Assembly: GCA_010093745.1 (NCBI GenBank)
Contig: MU005987.1
Span: 62,001 to 126,000 of the forward strand
DNA length: 64,000 bases
DNA from: Piedraia hortae CBS 480.64
Lineage: Eukaryota
Reading direction: 5' to 3'
The translations under genes were made by a program, and so were the position numbers. Below the pieces are notes generated by a model. The model worked only from the letters and a program-made list of their open reading frames with translations, was not told where the DNA came from and made no database searches. Below, one piece after another: positions 22,423 through 33,639 of this stretch; positions within the stretch are counted from its first letter, which is position 1, and each line of letters begins with the position of its first letter.

Positions 22423-23265
22423 CTATTGCTCGCGGACGACTCCTCCGCTCGCCTTCCACCACACGTCTCCGCCCCATCGCAGCATGCGCTCGCAAGCCGC
22501 GACCGGCCCGTCCACGGCTGGTCTGACGTCTAGATAGAAGACAGGCTCGCCCGTGGGTTCTGGCGGGCCCGAGTAGTAGTCGATAACGTATCTGACTTCC
22601 TTCTTCCCCGTAGGCGTGTTCCTCTCTACGAACCAGTCGTGTCTGTCAAAGGGCGGGTTGTCGGGGAACTTCGCCGGGTACAGCCAGGCCAAGACGCCCA
22701 ACATCCGCGCCTTTGGTGTGGGCTCGCCAGGTCTACCCATGAATCTGATCAGCTTCGGCTCCTCTGATTTTTGCAGTGACGGTGGTAGTGGTGTGTTCTC
22801 GCCCTTTTTGCAGGCATTCCAACCCTCTAACAGACCGTGAGAGAATCGTCTTTCCCAGCCCCTGATCTCCTCCCACGCGCCCTCGTTTAGGAAGTTGTGC
22901 ACTGCCACCATGGCTTCAACGTTCTCGGCCGGCGTGTCCGAGTAGCCCTTGCGCAGCATCGCATTATACATTTGCTGCGGACTTGGATACTCCCAGTTGC
23001 CCGTTCCGTCGCCGCGCGGGATCGTCGACAGTTCGCGCTCTCGCGGAAGGGCCACGCGCTGTTGCGGCGCGTCTCGTGTGTTGGAGATGTGCGAAAACAT
23101 GCGGTTTAGCGGGTTCATGGACGAGGGTTTCGGGTCTTGTTTGTGCATAGGACACGATGGCTTTGGGCAGTCAGCGCGGGAAACTGCACAAGTCGTAACG
23201 ATTCTTACCGGTGGTTTTGCTGCGGTCGTAGAAAAGGGAGTCGGATCGGCCCATATCCAGCCCAT
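22423..23265 (-). CDS. CYC3: Cytochrome c heme lyase (holocytochrome c synthase)
   Basis: MGWIWAD start, CPMH heme-regulatory motif, [40 protein letters not shown]. Probable in-frame 48-nt intron at 23161-23208. Confidence 0.94.
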   Translation of the reverse strand: MGWIWADPTPFSTTAAKPPVRIVTTCAVSRADCPKPSCPMHKQDPKPSSMNPLNRMFSHISNTRDAPQQRVALPRERELSTIPRGDGTGNWEYPSPQQMYNAMLRKGYSDTPAENVEAMVAVHNFLNEGAWEEIRGWERRFSHGLLEGWNACKKGENTPLPPSLQKSEEPKLIRFMGRPGEPTPKARMLGVLAWLYPAKFPDNPPFDRHDWFVERNTPTGKKEVRYVIDYYSGPPEPTGEPVFYLDVRPAVDGPVAACERMLRWGGDVWWKASGGVVREQ

Positions 23266-23624
23266 TGTGTTGTTGCAGTGTTGTTGCGGCGCGGAGATGC
23301 GGGAGGAGACGCAATGCCAAAACGGGAAACCACTTCTATGAACAGTCGCACGTCCACGAAGTGTTTGTTCACCAAGTTGAGAGATCACCTTGATTCAAAT
23401 GTCAACGTGTGCACGGCCGTACCTATGTCCTTTGAATACATCAGAGTAATGCTATTTAAACAGACCTCTATTCGCCTCAGAATCTAGTCTCCGCATTAAA
23501 TTCGTGTCGTGCCCAGACTCTATATTGCCTTCAAATGTCGTGTACTCGTCCATCAAAACTGAAGGTTCTGCCACTGGAGAAGCCGGTTCAGCCTCTCAGC
23601 TTCGAGGCACGAAATAATGTGCCC

Positions 23625-24484
23625 TCACTGAACCTCCTCGCGGGCATGGTCTCCAAAGGCCGAGAATTGAGCGAAGATGACCACATCCTCGACCATTGTC
23701 CCCAGAGAACCAATTAACCACGGAAGGTTAGTGATAAAGTACCTCTTCTCGACCGAATGAAAGAGAATCTGCCCCTAGTTAGCATCACCCACCCCAAAGA
23801 TCTCAAACATCAACTCACCCCAGCACCGTAAGTAGCATTCCCCAATAAACTCAGCATGAAGAACAGCAGACTGAGTCCCTCACACGACCTCTCCCTCTGA
23901 TTCTTAATAATCTGCGGGATCCTCGCACCAAGATAGCAAACCGCAGACATGTACCCCAAAAACTCTGCCCCCGCAGGGGTGGGCACGCCTCCCTCACCGT
24001 CCTCAGCAGGAGACGGCTTCCACGCCCCTGTCCGCCAAGCGACCGCCCACCCCGCCGTACCCACCACCAGAATCGCCGCAATCGAAAGCGTATTCCTCAC
24101 CCAAGCCCTCATCCTAACCGCCCTTTCCGTCCCATTCCCCTCACTCTCCCTCCCACTAATCAACGGCTCATTCTCCCCCTCCATAACCCTCTTCCCCCTC
24201 ATCCTATAATACACAACCTGCGCCAGTAACACCACATCCGCCGCGCAAAAGTACACTCCAAGCGCAATTACCGTCGGAACGAGATGTGCCCAAAGCGCGC
24301 CAGCAAAGTTTGCTATATCGCCTATCATCCAGATTATGATAAAGGAGAGACTGAGTCCGTCGGCGTGGCTTTGTGTGTAGTTTTCCGCCATCTGGGGGAC
24401 GAGGACGAATATCCATGATGCGATGGATATCGAGCCGAAGATGCCACTTAGCGCTTCGTTCCATGTTAGTGGGACGGGGTCCAT
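23625..24484 (-). CDS. PQ-loop repeat vacuolar amino-acid transporter (YPQ family)
   Basis: Two PQ loops (LVPQ, RIPQI). A 50-nt intron at 23769-23818 leads to exon 2, ILFHS..NLPWLIGSLGTMVED, ending in TGA at 23625. Confidence 0.92.
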
Positions 24485-24546
24485 TGGCGGTTATAGTGTT
24501 AGTTGTGGATCGGAATTTCTCAACTTGAGATGTGGGATGTGAGTTG

Positions 24547-24604
24547 GGGTTGGGATTGGGGGTGAGGGGGGTATTGGGGTGGGGGGGGGGGGGAAGAAGG
24601 GGGG
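24547..24604 (+). repeat. G-tract cluster with G-quadruplex potential
   Basis: Seven runs of 3 or more G, including one of about 13 G, within about 60 bp. Confidence 0.7.
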
Positions 24605-24710
24605 TATACGGGATGTGCCAATGTGGAGTCTTATCGGGGGAAAATGTGTGGATCTTGGCATATTCTCTTAGATTAAGGCCTTGGCATTATTTTGCTTGCT
24701 TCTATCTAGC

Positions 24711-26969
24711 TCAGCCTAAGAGTTTCGCAGCCTCGGCCTCGAGATCGTCAAACGTCTCAATCTCTCTTGGCTCACGTCTCTGTGCTTTGGCAGGCTGCTC
24801 ATCGACGTCACTCTCCTCAACAGCAGCCGTATCAGCCAAGAACGCTGCGCGGGCATCGCCAGCATCTTCATCCACAACCTTTCCTTCCATCCTCGCCTCC
24901 CTCTCCCTTGCCTTCCTCTTTTCTTTCTTCAACCTCTTCTTCTCCCTTGCAAGCGCCTTATCATCGATATCAGCAGCTTGCACCTTTTCAACCTCTTCCT
25001 GGACAAACTGCCTCCTCTGATCCTGAGGCACACCCTTTGCCTTGAACGCTTCCTCATCCTCCAATTCATAGATAGGATGCATATTTCCCTCATCATCAAA
25101 CACATGTTTAACCCCCTTACTCTTCAACTTCGCAATCGCCTTTTTGGAATGAAGCCTCTTCTCCCCCCTCTTAGAATCAATCCGCAACGGCTCCGGTATA
25201 CCCTCAATATGAACAAACTTTGCCCCTTTCCCTTCCGCTTCAACGGGCTTAATATCCTCGGGCGCAATCCGCTGTTTCGCGTTTAGCAAATCCCCATCAC
25301 CACTATCCTCCTCCTCCTCCTCCTCATCATCATCATCCCTCATCAACTTCGCATGATGCTCAGTAAGCACATCCTGATTCTTCCTCTCAAACAACCTCTC
25401 ATGTCTCGTCCTCTCGGTTTTCTTCTTCCTTACCTCATCATCATCATCATTATCATCAAGAAACAGTTCCGCGCGGGAGGCATTCTTCCGCAGCTTAACC
25501 GCTTCCCCATCCGCCTTCAAAAACTTCACTCTCGGCATCCCATGAATCCCCAAACTCTCCGCAAACCCCTTGAGATCATATCTTTCCAGCGCAAAAACCT
25601 CACTGTCCTTCTGCAAATGCAAGCTCCGCACATGACTCACAAAAGCCTTCTGCCCGAGATAATTCAATTCGGGCTCTTTATGGCACATATTCTGCATTTC
25701 AGCGGTGATGTTTTGCTGTTTCTTGTGTCGGATGTTGATCCTCGCGATCGGCACACGCGCAGCTTCTAATCTTTTCAGCATACCGTTCTCCTCGCTGGGG
25801 TCGAGAAAGAGAACCGCCCTCCCGCGTCGTCCGTCTCGCGCCGTGCGGCCTACGCGGTGGATATGTGTTTTCGCATCGGGTGGACTATCGACTTGAACAA
25901 CCCAGTCTATGTTTGGAAAATCGATCCCGCGTTCCATCACGTCTGTGGCGAAGAGACAGCTGTGTTTCGCTTGGGTGAATTTCTGAATCGTCTCGAGGCG
26001 TTGTTTATCGCTTTTGCGGCCTAGGATGTGCAGGAGGGGAATGCCGGGTTGCATGCGGCGGAAGGTTTCGTATGCGAACCGAACCTGTTTCCCCGAGGAG
26101 AAGAAGACGAGTATTTTGCTTTTCGTGCTGGATTTGAGGAAGGACCAGAGCGTGTTGAGTTTCTCCGGGAGGGGGGTTAGGACGTAGTGCTGTTCCAGGG
26201 TCTCGGGGGTGGCGGTTGAGGCGGATTCGTGGACGGAGATGTATTCTGGATCGCGCAGGGCCAGGCGTTGGAGATCGGAGAGTTGTTGGGTTTGGGTCGC
26301 GCTGAAGAGGAGAGTTTGTCTTTCCCGTGGGAGGTATTCCAATATGGCGTCTACGTCGCGCTGGAAACCCATGTCCATGATTCGATCGGCTTCGTCAAGG
26401 ACCAGCATGTTTAGTGCGTCGACGTTAAGCCCTACTGTCTGGCTTAGATGCTGCAGGATTCGTCCAGGCGTGCAGACGACAATGTTCAAGCCGTAGAGAG
26501 CGGCCTTCTCCTTCTCCAAGCTGGTGCCGCCGATGATGAGTCCCGCGGCGAACTGATGACCCGCTTTTCCAACTTTAACCAACACCTGGAAGATCTGAAT
26601 CGCCAGTTCCCGTGTAGGACTGATTATCAGCGCTCCCAGTCCCGCGTCTGGCCCGATATGTTGTGCCCGATAGAGGTTTTCCAGCACGGGAATGACAAAA
26701 GCAAGCGTCTTGCCACTTCCCGTACGCGCAGCTCCCGTTACATCTTTTCTTTTCAACGCCAGCGGGATTGCTTTCGCTTGAATGTCCGTCATCGTCTCGT
26801 AGTGCGCCGCCTTGAGTCCTTCCTGAGTGGGTTCCGAGAGCGGCAGTTCGGAGAATTTCTCAACGGCGACGGTCGGATCAAGTTGCGAGACGGTCACCTG
26901 GAGCTCCTCGGCACTGACATGATTGCGTTTCCTCTTATTCTGGCTCTTCTTCGACTTGAACTTGGGCAT
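24711..26969 (-). CDS. DBP4: DEAD-box RNA helicase Dbp4/Hca4 (DDX10)
   Basis: Q motif, ARTGSGKTLAF, SPTRELA, DEAD, SAT, HRVGRTAR; C-terminal ERLFERKNQDVL. Intronless. Confidence 0.93.
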   Translation of the reverse strand: MPKFKSKKSQNKRKRNHVSAEELQVTVSQLDPTVAVEKFSELPLSEPTQEGLKAAHYETMTDIQAKAIPLALKRKDVTGAARTGSGKTLAFVIPVLENLYRAQHIGPDAGLGALIISPTRELAIQIFQVLVKVGKAGHQFAAGLIIGGTSLEKEKAALYGLNIVVCTPGRILQHLSQTVGLNVDALNMLVLDEADRIMDMGFQRDVDAILEYLPRERQTLLFSATQTQQLSDLQRLALRDPEYISVHESASTATPETLEQHYVLTPLPEKLNTLWSFLKSSTKSKILVFFSSGKQVRFAYETFRRMQPGIPLLHILGRKSDKQRLETIQKFTQAKHSCLFATDVMERGIDFPNIDWVVQVDSPPDAKTHIHRVGRTARDGRRGRAVLFLDPSEENGMLKRLEAARVPIARINIRHKKQQNITAEMQNMCHKEPELNYLGQKAFVSHVRSLHLQKDSEVFALERYDLKGFAESLGIHGMPRVKFLKADGEAVKLRKNASRAELFLDDNDDDDEVRKKKTERTRHERLFERKNQDVLTEHHAKLMRDDDDEEEEEEDSGDGDLLNAKQRIAPEDIKPVEAEGKGAKFVHIEGIPEPLRIDSKRGEKRLHSKKAIAKLKSKGVKHVFDDEGNMHPIYELEDEEAFKAKGVPQDQRRQFVQEEVEKVQAADIDDKALAREKKRLKKEKRKAREREARMEGKVVDEDAGDARAAFLADTAAVEESDVDEQPAKAQRREPREIETFDDLEAEAAKLLG

Positions 26970-27092
26970 TTTGCGACTGAATTTTTGTTCGGCCAACGGC
27001 GCCGGTAGAGGAATGTGGGGAAATGCGGGGGTCACTCATTACAGCCTTGTGTAATCAACGTAACCGGAAACAACCTCGCCGCACCGCCGACG

Positions 27093-27761
27093 ATGGCAGA
27101 GCGAGACCTGGCCAAGCTGGAGGCGGAGCAGACAAAGGAGGATGCATCGTTTCTTGCGTCCCTAGCAGAGGAAAGCAAAGAGTTTGACAAGGATTCAGAA
27201 ATCGAGCGCATCAGAAACGCCTTTCGCGCAAACGCCTACGATGTGCTGGACCTGCAGCCTGGTGTGCCAGAGGAGGATATCAAGAAGGTCTACCGCAAGA
27301 AGTCGCTATTGATCCATCCTGATAAATCGTCAAACCCTTACGCGCCAGATGCATTTGACCGCCTCGCCTTGGCCCATCAGACCCTCATGGACGCCGACAA
27401 GCGCGCGACCCTGGACGAAGCCATTGCTGATGCGCGCATGCTGCTCATACGGGAGCGCAAGCTGACCGTGGACAGCGAGGAAGTCAAGGATCCAGACACT
27501 GAGTTTATGAAGGCGTGGAAGGAAAAGGTCAAGTGGGTGCTGGCCGACAACGAGGCGAGAAGACAGCGGCAGAGAAGGGCTCAGATGCGGGAGGAGGGAC
27601 GCCAGCAGCGGCAGGAGGAGGAAGAAATGGCCGAGAGGAAGAGGAAGAGGGAGCAGGAGCAGGACTGGGAGCGGACGCGGGACCAGCGCATCGATTCTTG
27701 GCGGCAGTTTTCCAAAAAGGAGCCCAAGACGAAGAAAAAGAAGATGAAAGTGCTCGGCTAA
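27093..27761 (+). CDS. DnaJ-domain protein (DNAJC8/Spf31-like)
   Basis: J domain with YRKKSLLIHPDK; C-terminal WERTRDQRIDSWRQF. Confidence 0.9.
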   Translation: MAERDLAKLEAEQTKEDASFLASLAEESKEFDKDSEIERIRNAFRANAYDVLDLQPGVPEEDIKKVYRKKSLLIHPDKSSNPYAPDAFDRLALAHQTLMDADKRATLDEAIADARMLLIRERKLTVDSEEVKDPDTEFMKAWKEKVKWVLADNEARRQRQRRAQMREEGRQQRQEEEEMAERKRKREQEQDWERTRDQRIDSWRQFSKKEPKTKKKKMKVLG

Positions 27762-27822
27762 TGTCGAAGAGGAGAGGTATGATACAATTAGATGCTTGAA
27801 ACGCTGCAATGTACTGTACAGA

Positions 27823-28277
27823 TTACTCTTTAATCTTGGCGAGGATGCTGCCACATCGTCAGTAAAAAGTTTCTTTCAATTTGCAGAAGACGCACTCGTG
27901 GTCGCGGAATATCGAATATTCCTCTTCGCCCACTTTGATAGGGCTGCCGCCGTACTGTTCTCCGTCAGTTGTGTCCGACGTCTAACACGCTGCATGTACT
28001 GACCTGAGGAATCAAGACCTTGTCCCCGGCAGCCACTCCCATTGGGATCCGCTTGCCTTCCTTGTCCAATAGTCCGGGGCCGACAGCAAGGACTTTAGCC
28101 TCGTTCAACTCCTTCACGGCGCTATCAGGAAGGAAAATGCCGCCGGCCGTCTTGGCCTCTGCCTTGACGCGCTGCACGAGCACGCGATCCAGCAGCGGCG
28201 CCAGCGATTTGATCGATTTGATAGCAAGAGACTGCATTTGTCAGCGCATTCCCCCGTCTCCCTGGCAAACCCACCAT
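27823..28277 (-). CDS. HSP10: Mitochondrial 10 kDa chaperonin
   Basis: PLLDRVLVQR, TAGGIFLP, AVGPG, YGGSPIKVG, ILAKIKE*. Introns at 28232-28274 (after an ATG-only first coding exon), 27955-28003 and 27848-27895. Confidence 0.96.
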
Positions 28278-28325
28278 TCCGTTATTCGTATCTACTCGAC
28301 TGAAGAAGTGAAGTCAAGAAGTCCA

Positions 28326-28341
28326 GAGAAATTTCTCGACG
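28326..28341. promoter_or_regulatory. Heat-shock element in the HSP10/WD40 divergent promoter
   Basis: aGAAatTTCtcGAc, about 50 bp upstream of the HSP10 ATG. Confidence 0.6.
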
Positions 28342-28388
28342 CACGGACCACTCGCACCTCCTCCACCTCCGATTGGTTCAAACAACCA

Positions 28389-29519
28389 ATGATGCCTCCG
28401 CCGTGTTTGGCCACGACCGGCAACGATTACAACAACTCGGTCCAGAAACTTACCCACACCGAGTCCAATTTCTTCCGAGAAGCTCGGTTCAGCAGCGACG
28501 GAACTTCGATCGTCACCCACAACGAAGACCAAACCCTCAGGACATTTGTCTTGCCAACAGATTTACTGCAGCATGAAGAGCAACACTTGAACGTATATTC
28601 AAACATATTCTCTCCAAGCCCGATTCAGAGTTTTTCTCTCTATCCCTTCTTCAACCTCTCAGATGTCTCTACTACCGTTGTGCTGGTCGCATCCAAGGAC
28701 CAACCCATAGTCCTCCGAAACGCACTTCACTATGAGACGCTCCATGCCTCGTACAGCTTCATTCACCCGCAAAGAGAGACGTACATGCTCTCGTATAGTC
28801 TAGCTTTCTCTTCAGATGGACAGAGCTTCGTTGCGGGCAGCAAGAATGAAATCGCTGCGTTTGATCTCTCGCGCTCTGGAGAGGGTCCGGTTACTGTTTT
28901 AAAAACCGCTGGCGGTCGGAGAGAGAGGAAATTCCAGGGCATGAGGTGTCAAGGTCCTGTTAGTGCACTCAGCTTTGGGCCCGATGGGCTACTGGCTGCC
29001 GGTACGTTTGAGCGTGAGGTTGGTCTGTATAGCAATGGAGAGTTTGTCACTGCGTTTGCTTTGCCTCACGGTGAGGGCACCGGTGTAACTTGTTTGAAGT
29101 GGAGTCCGTTTGGGACTCATCTCATCGTGGCAGAGCGACAGAGTGATGTTTTGCAGGTGTATGATGTGCGGAATACGATGCACAGGGTATGCACCTTGAG
29201 AGGTCGGGAGGCGTTTACTACGCAGAGGCTGGGCTTCGATATAAGATCCGTACCAGATGGCTACCAGATCTGGGCTGGTGGAACTGATGGGATGGTAAGG
29301 ATCTGGGATAAGCCTGGTTCCAAAGCTGATGCATGTCCTCCAAATGGGGAATTCAATATGCACTCGTCATCCGTGTCTTCCACACTCTGGCACCCGAGTT
29401 GTGCGGTCTTGGCCACGTGCTCCGGACAGAGGCTGAAGCATGATCCCAGTGGAGACGGCAGATCTGATCCTTTGCCTGACAGCAAACTCAATATCTGGTC
29501 AGCCGAGCACATGTCATGA
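28389..29519 (+). CDS. WD40 protein, WRAP53/TCAB1 (Swt21-like)
   Basis: NFFREARFSSDGT, LRTFVLP, SKDQPI, GTGVT.LKWSP.G..L..AERQSD, TTQRLGFD, WHP...LATCSGQR. Confidence 0.85.
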   Translation: MMPPPCLATTGNDYNNSVQKLTHTESNFFREARFSSDGTSIVTHNEDQTLRTFVLPTDLLQHEEQHLNVYSNIFSPSPIQSFSLYPFFNLSDVSTTVVLVASKDQPIVLRNALHYETLHASYSFIHPQRETYMLSYSLAFSSDGQSFVAGSKNEIAAFDLSRSGEGPVTVLKTAGGRRERKFQGMRCQGPVSALSFGPDGLLAAGTFEREVGLYSNGEFVTAFALPHGEGTGVTCLKWSPFGTHLIVAERQSDVLQVYDVRNTMHRVCTLRGREAFTTQRLGFDIRSVPDGYQIWAGGTDGMVRIWDKPGSKADACPPNGEFNMHSSSVSSTLWHPSCAVLATCSGQRLKHDPSGDGRSDPLPDSKLNIWSAEHMS

Positions 29520-29787
29520 CATTGAGCTAGAAATATCCATGAATAGGGGTTCGCCATGGAACATTCAACCAGTACAGCTGCCCGAAGAGGCAGTACTCGG
29601 ATCACACGTCGTCTACTCGGCTTCGAATGCAGTTAGCTAGGTATGATGGCCTCAGCCGCCAGAACCTTTCTGCACGTATACCAAATTGGCCCATGCAGCA
29701 GCTCGCAAATGGCCCCTGTTGAAACCAACCGGCCTTCGCGGCAGCTGCGAAAGTTATGATCCATCCTTCTGGCCTTGTCCTGGCAGC

Positions 29788-31569
29788 ATGACCAGCGAGA
29801 TTACGCCATTCTCGTGGCGTCCAAAGCCAAGAAGTTATGGCATTCGCCGGACCAAGGAAAACGCAAGAGAGCAACTGGACACGTTCGAATATCAAGACGG
29901 CCCTCGTCCTGAGCATCGGGCGGAAAGGCTTGGGCTTGGGGCGACGTTGAAAATCATGAACGGCGGTATGGGCGTTTTGTCAGACAACTCGAGCTCCTTT
30001 TCGGAAATTCTGAGTCCATTATCCCAGGATTATTTCGAGTTCTTGCCAGACGAAGTGCACCATTGTATCCTGAGCAAACTCGAAGAGTTGCACCGACAAG
30101 GGCTGGAGATTGATGCAGTTGGCAGACAGACCGATCTCAAAGCCTTGTTGTTGGTGAATAAGCATTGGCACCAGTTAGCCAGGGAACATCTTTTCCGGGA
30201 GATATGCCTGCCTAGTAATTCCAAGTTGCCGTGGCGCATCTTCTCCTTCATCCGACCAAAATCACGGTTAAGACTGCTGTTTGACCACTTGAGGTTGAAT
30301 GGAACGGATGCGTGGATGGTTCGGCACTTGCGCATCTCGGTAGACCTGGCCTTTCAAATGGATTCTGTCGGATATCCAAGACGACGAAAGGCCGCTTTTA
30401 GGCTTCTCACTCGAGTAATTTCTCGGTGCCCCAATCTTGAACAGCTCAGTGGCTATATCCCCCGGACCCATGACGAGACTGGCACCAGCTTGATCAGGAC
30501 ATTGTCCAAATGTGTGAAGCTCAAGACTCACGTATGGAATTCCGAATCCGTTTCCGCAGGTCATTGGAATCGGAGCAAGATGCGGCCACAAGAGTGGCTC
30601 AAAATGCACAAGCACTGGCAGCGCCTAGAAACGCTTGTCATATGCTCGAATAAATACCTAGTTGGTGGTCCTCCGGATATCATCCCTGCGGCCCTTTCAC
30701 ATCTGCCAAACTTGAAACATTTGATGCTGTCGAACCTTGAAAGAACACAATTCCATGATGGGACGCTAACAAGATTGCCGCCCTTGCGTTCGCTGCGGCT
30801 GGAGAAACTCGAAGGAGTGACGGACGTGGGAGTTGAACAGCTGGGCCGCGGACGAACGACGCAGACACTGGAACGGCTCGGCCTAATTGGCCTGAGACTG
30901 ACGTCGTTGCGAACGATTCATGAACTCGTCTCTGCGCTGCCACACTTGCACCGCTTCTCCGTTGTGCAGAGCCAGTGTCTGGAATACGAAGCAGGGCTGG
31001 AACTGATGCAGTCACCGGTCCTGCGTCATCTCCATTGGGATTTGCCCACGGCAAGATACACGGCGTCGCTGATAGCAGATGCCATGGCAGCCGGGCGATT
31101 GCCGAGCCTGCGCAAAATCAAAGCGCCATGCGATCACACTGGCGCCATCCAAGCACAATGCCGACCCATACGACGACGAACACTTAGCGTTACTGACTGG
31201 GAGGTGCTTGAGCACTTCCAACAAGAGGCCGAGCAGGCAGACAGGCTTCTAGCTGTGGTCGAAATTGAGGCTCAGGCTCGGCTCCTGTTTAGCAAACGAC
31301 GGTCGGAACCTTTTGTGTTTGTGGTTGAAGATACCGATGAGGTCGATGAGGAGAACAATCACCCGGTAAGGAAGTACCTAGTTGGGGCTTACCTCGGCCG
31401 CCTTGATTCTCTCGTCGAGTACGATCTGTCGCCGGACATGGAAGGGTCAGATTTTGCTGTGACTCAAGTGTACGACATTGAAGCACCACGATGGTTATAT
31501 GAACGGGCTGAGGAGATGGAGAGGAGCGTGGCTGAAGAACAGGATATGGATCCTAGTCTGTTGTTCTGA
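29788..31569 (+). CDS. F-box / leucine-rich-repeat protein
   Basis: F-box-like LPDEVHHCIL...LLLVNKHWHQLAREHLF followed by LxxLxL repeats. Start uncertain: first in-frame ATG used. Confidence 0.8.
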   Translation: MTSEITPFSWRPKPRSYGIRRTKENAREQLDTFEYQDGPRPEHRAERLGLGATLKIMNGGMGVLSDNSSSFSEILSPLSQDYFEFLPDEVHHCILSKLEELHRQGLEIDAVGRQTDLKALLLVNKHWHQLAREHLFREICLPSNSKLPWRIFSFIRPKSRLRLLFDHLRLNGTDAWMVRHLRISVDLAFQMDSVGYPRRRKAAFRLLTRVISRCPNLEQLSGYIPRTHDETGTSLIRTLSKCVKLKTHVWNSESVSAGHWNRSKMRPQEWLKMHKHWQRLETLVICSNKYLVGGPPDIIPAALSHLPNLKHLMLSNLERTQFHDGTLTRLPPLRSLRLEKLEGVTDVGVEQLGRGRTTQTLERLGLIGLRLTSLRTIHELVSALPHLHRFSVVQSQCLEYEAGLELMQSPVLRHLHWDLPTARYTASLIADAMAAGRLPSLRKIKAPCDHTGAIQAQCRPIRRRTLSVTDWEVLEHFQQEAEQADRLLAVVEIEAQARLLFSKRRSEPFVFVVEDTDEVDEENNHPVRKYLVGAYLGRLDSLVEYDLSPDMEGSDFAVTQVYDIEAPRWLYERAEEMERSVAEEQDMDPSLLF

Positions 31570-31874
31570 ACTGAAGCCATTGGTGGAATGGGTTTGTTTG
31601 GGTGTCTACTAGTAATGATGGGCTCAGCAGTCAATCCTGAGGATTGACAGGTAAACTGGGAAATGAAGTCAACCAACGCTTCCCCTGACTTCCTGTCGTT
31701 CTGCCTGGCCCACAGCTGGATATATCCTTTAGTGTTCCACTCGAGAACGAGATGACGTAAAGACTGCTGTGTGATGTCGATCACCCGGAGCGGCCCGAGC
31801 CTCTCAGACCAGCCATGACATTTGGAGCTCCAACTTCTTTTTGCCACCCTGTTCCAATCCACAAGCTCTACAGA

Positions 31875-33135
31875 ATGTACTCCTCTCGTGTTGCTGCTCG
31901 ATCGGCGCGGACGCTGGCCGCCAGGCGCTGCAATGTTCGGTTTGCCAGTGATGCAACCAATGCTGGGCGCTCAGGAAATGCCGGCGGCGGCTTTCACCCG
32001 TCAGTCCATGGAGCCATTGGGGGCGCTGTTGCTGGTACTCTGGCCTTTTATCTCTTCTATACAACCACTGGACTGCGCAAGGCGACCAACGCTGCGACGC
32101 AAACCAAGCAGTATGTAGACGGTGCAATGGAAAATGTCAAGGTTCAGTTCAAAGAGAAAACACCTGACACCAATGAGATTATAAAAACGCTCAAGGAGAC
32201 GGCGCACAAATACGCTCGTTGGCTCCCAGGTGGACGTGAATACGTCGACAAGACATTTGCTGATTTGGACACGATTCGCGCCAAGCACGGCGACGAGGTC
32301 GACCGCATCATGCGCGAGGCTTATGAGGAGCTTCGTGATACGAGCAAAAATGGGTTGAGCTTGACCACTGCTGCCCAGGTTTGGGACGTTTTGACCAAGC
32401 ACATGCAGCGTCTTGGCTCTCTCGCTGTCGATGCTGGTCAGGATATCCTCAAGAACCATCCTCAGCTTCGTGATCGTTTCGGAAACTCGTTCCAGCATCT
32501 GCAGGACCTCGGTAACTCTGTCGGCCCCGAGGCCAAGAAGCAGGTTGATGATACCTGGAAGCAGGTGCAGGAGATCCTCAGGCAGGGCATCAACTTTGGC
32601 ACCTTGGACCGCATTCAAAAACTCATACAAGACAAAACGCAGCAGGTTCGCAAACTCAGCGGACAGGCTTTTGACAAGGGCATGGAGCAGGTGAAGCCCA
32701 TGCTCGACAAGAACCCACAGGCAAAACAACTCGTCGAGCAAAATTTGGATACTTTGAGGTCGAGCAATAGCGTCTCCGAAGCACTGTCGCGCATTCGCGA
32801 GGCCGCTTCCTCGGGTAGCACGCTGGATTTGGAAAAATACATTGTGCAGTAAGTTATCATTCCTGAGGCCGTTTAGGCCATATCTGACCTTGAACAGCGC
32901 CAAAGAAAAAGCTCGCACCCAGTTCACCTCTGGGGGCGGTCTTAGCGATTGGCTCTCGCAGCTTCCACAAGGAGGCAGAATCCTGCCACAGCTCCAGAAG
33001 CTGAAAAATGCCGCTGAGACGCATGGGCAAGACGCTCAACAGCTGGCACGGGAGACTGTCGATGACTTGTACTCCATCCTGGAGCGCAGGGCCAAGCAAG
33101 CCGAAGAACTGGCCAATAAGGCATCGAAGCAGTAA
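31875..33135 (+). CDS. Probable mitochondrial helical (apolipoprotein-like) protein
   Basis: Arg/Ala-rich presequence, one TM segment and amphipathic helices. A 49-nt intron at 32849-32897 (GTAAGT..CTGAC..CAG) joins the two ORFs. Confidence 0.8.
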
Positions 33136-33639
33136 ATCAGTAATCAAACCACTCTGTATTGTAAACACTGTGGAAATGTATTGACATCCGTCATTCATGT
33201 ACTGGTATAGCGAGGAAATAAAATTGTGGGGTTCCTCACCGTGAATGCCAAGCCGCGGAACCTATATTCACAAACCGCACCTCCATTCAAGATGTACGTC
33301 TTGCACTCCTTGTTCTCGCCGATGTTCGTACTCCTAGCAGAAGTCCGGCGACGTCGAAGCCTTGCTCTGTGATCGATCCATCCAAGCAGCTTGTTCCTTG
33401 TTTATCAGAATCTGTTGGAGTAAGTTTATCGAGTTTCAATGCTCCTTCGTCCACATGACACCAGGTCGACACATGGGACATGCTACGAACGCCGAACGCA
33501 TAACGTACAGGTACGACCGTTATGGTCGACCTATTATCTACCACAACGCTGGCAAAGCACCACAACGAACCCATACTCGCACAACGAGCTCGAGGGATGG
33601 AGGAGAAAATGTGTGGCGATGATGCAGACAAGAAGATGA

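Noticed and set aside
28020..28388. Apparent overlap of the WD40 ORF with HSP10
   Set aside because: The extension starts at TTG and is just the antisense of HSP10; the first ATG is at 28389.
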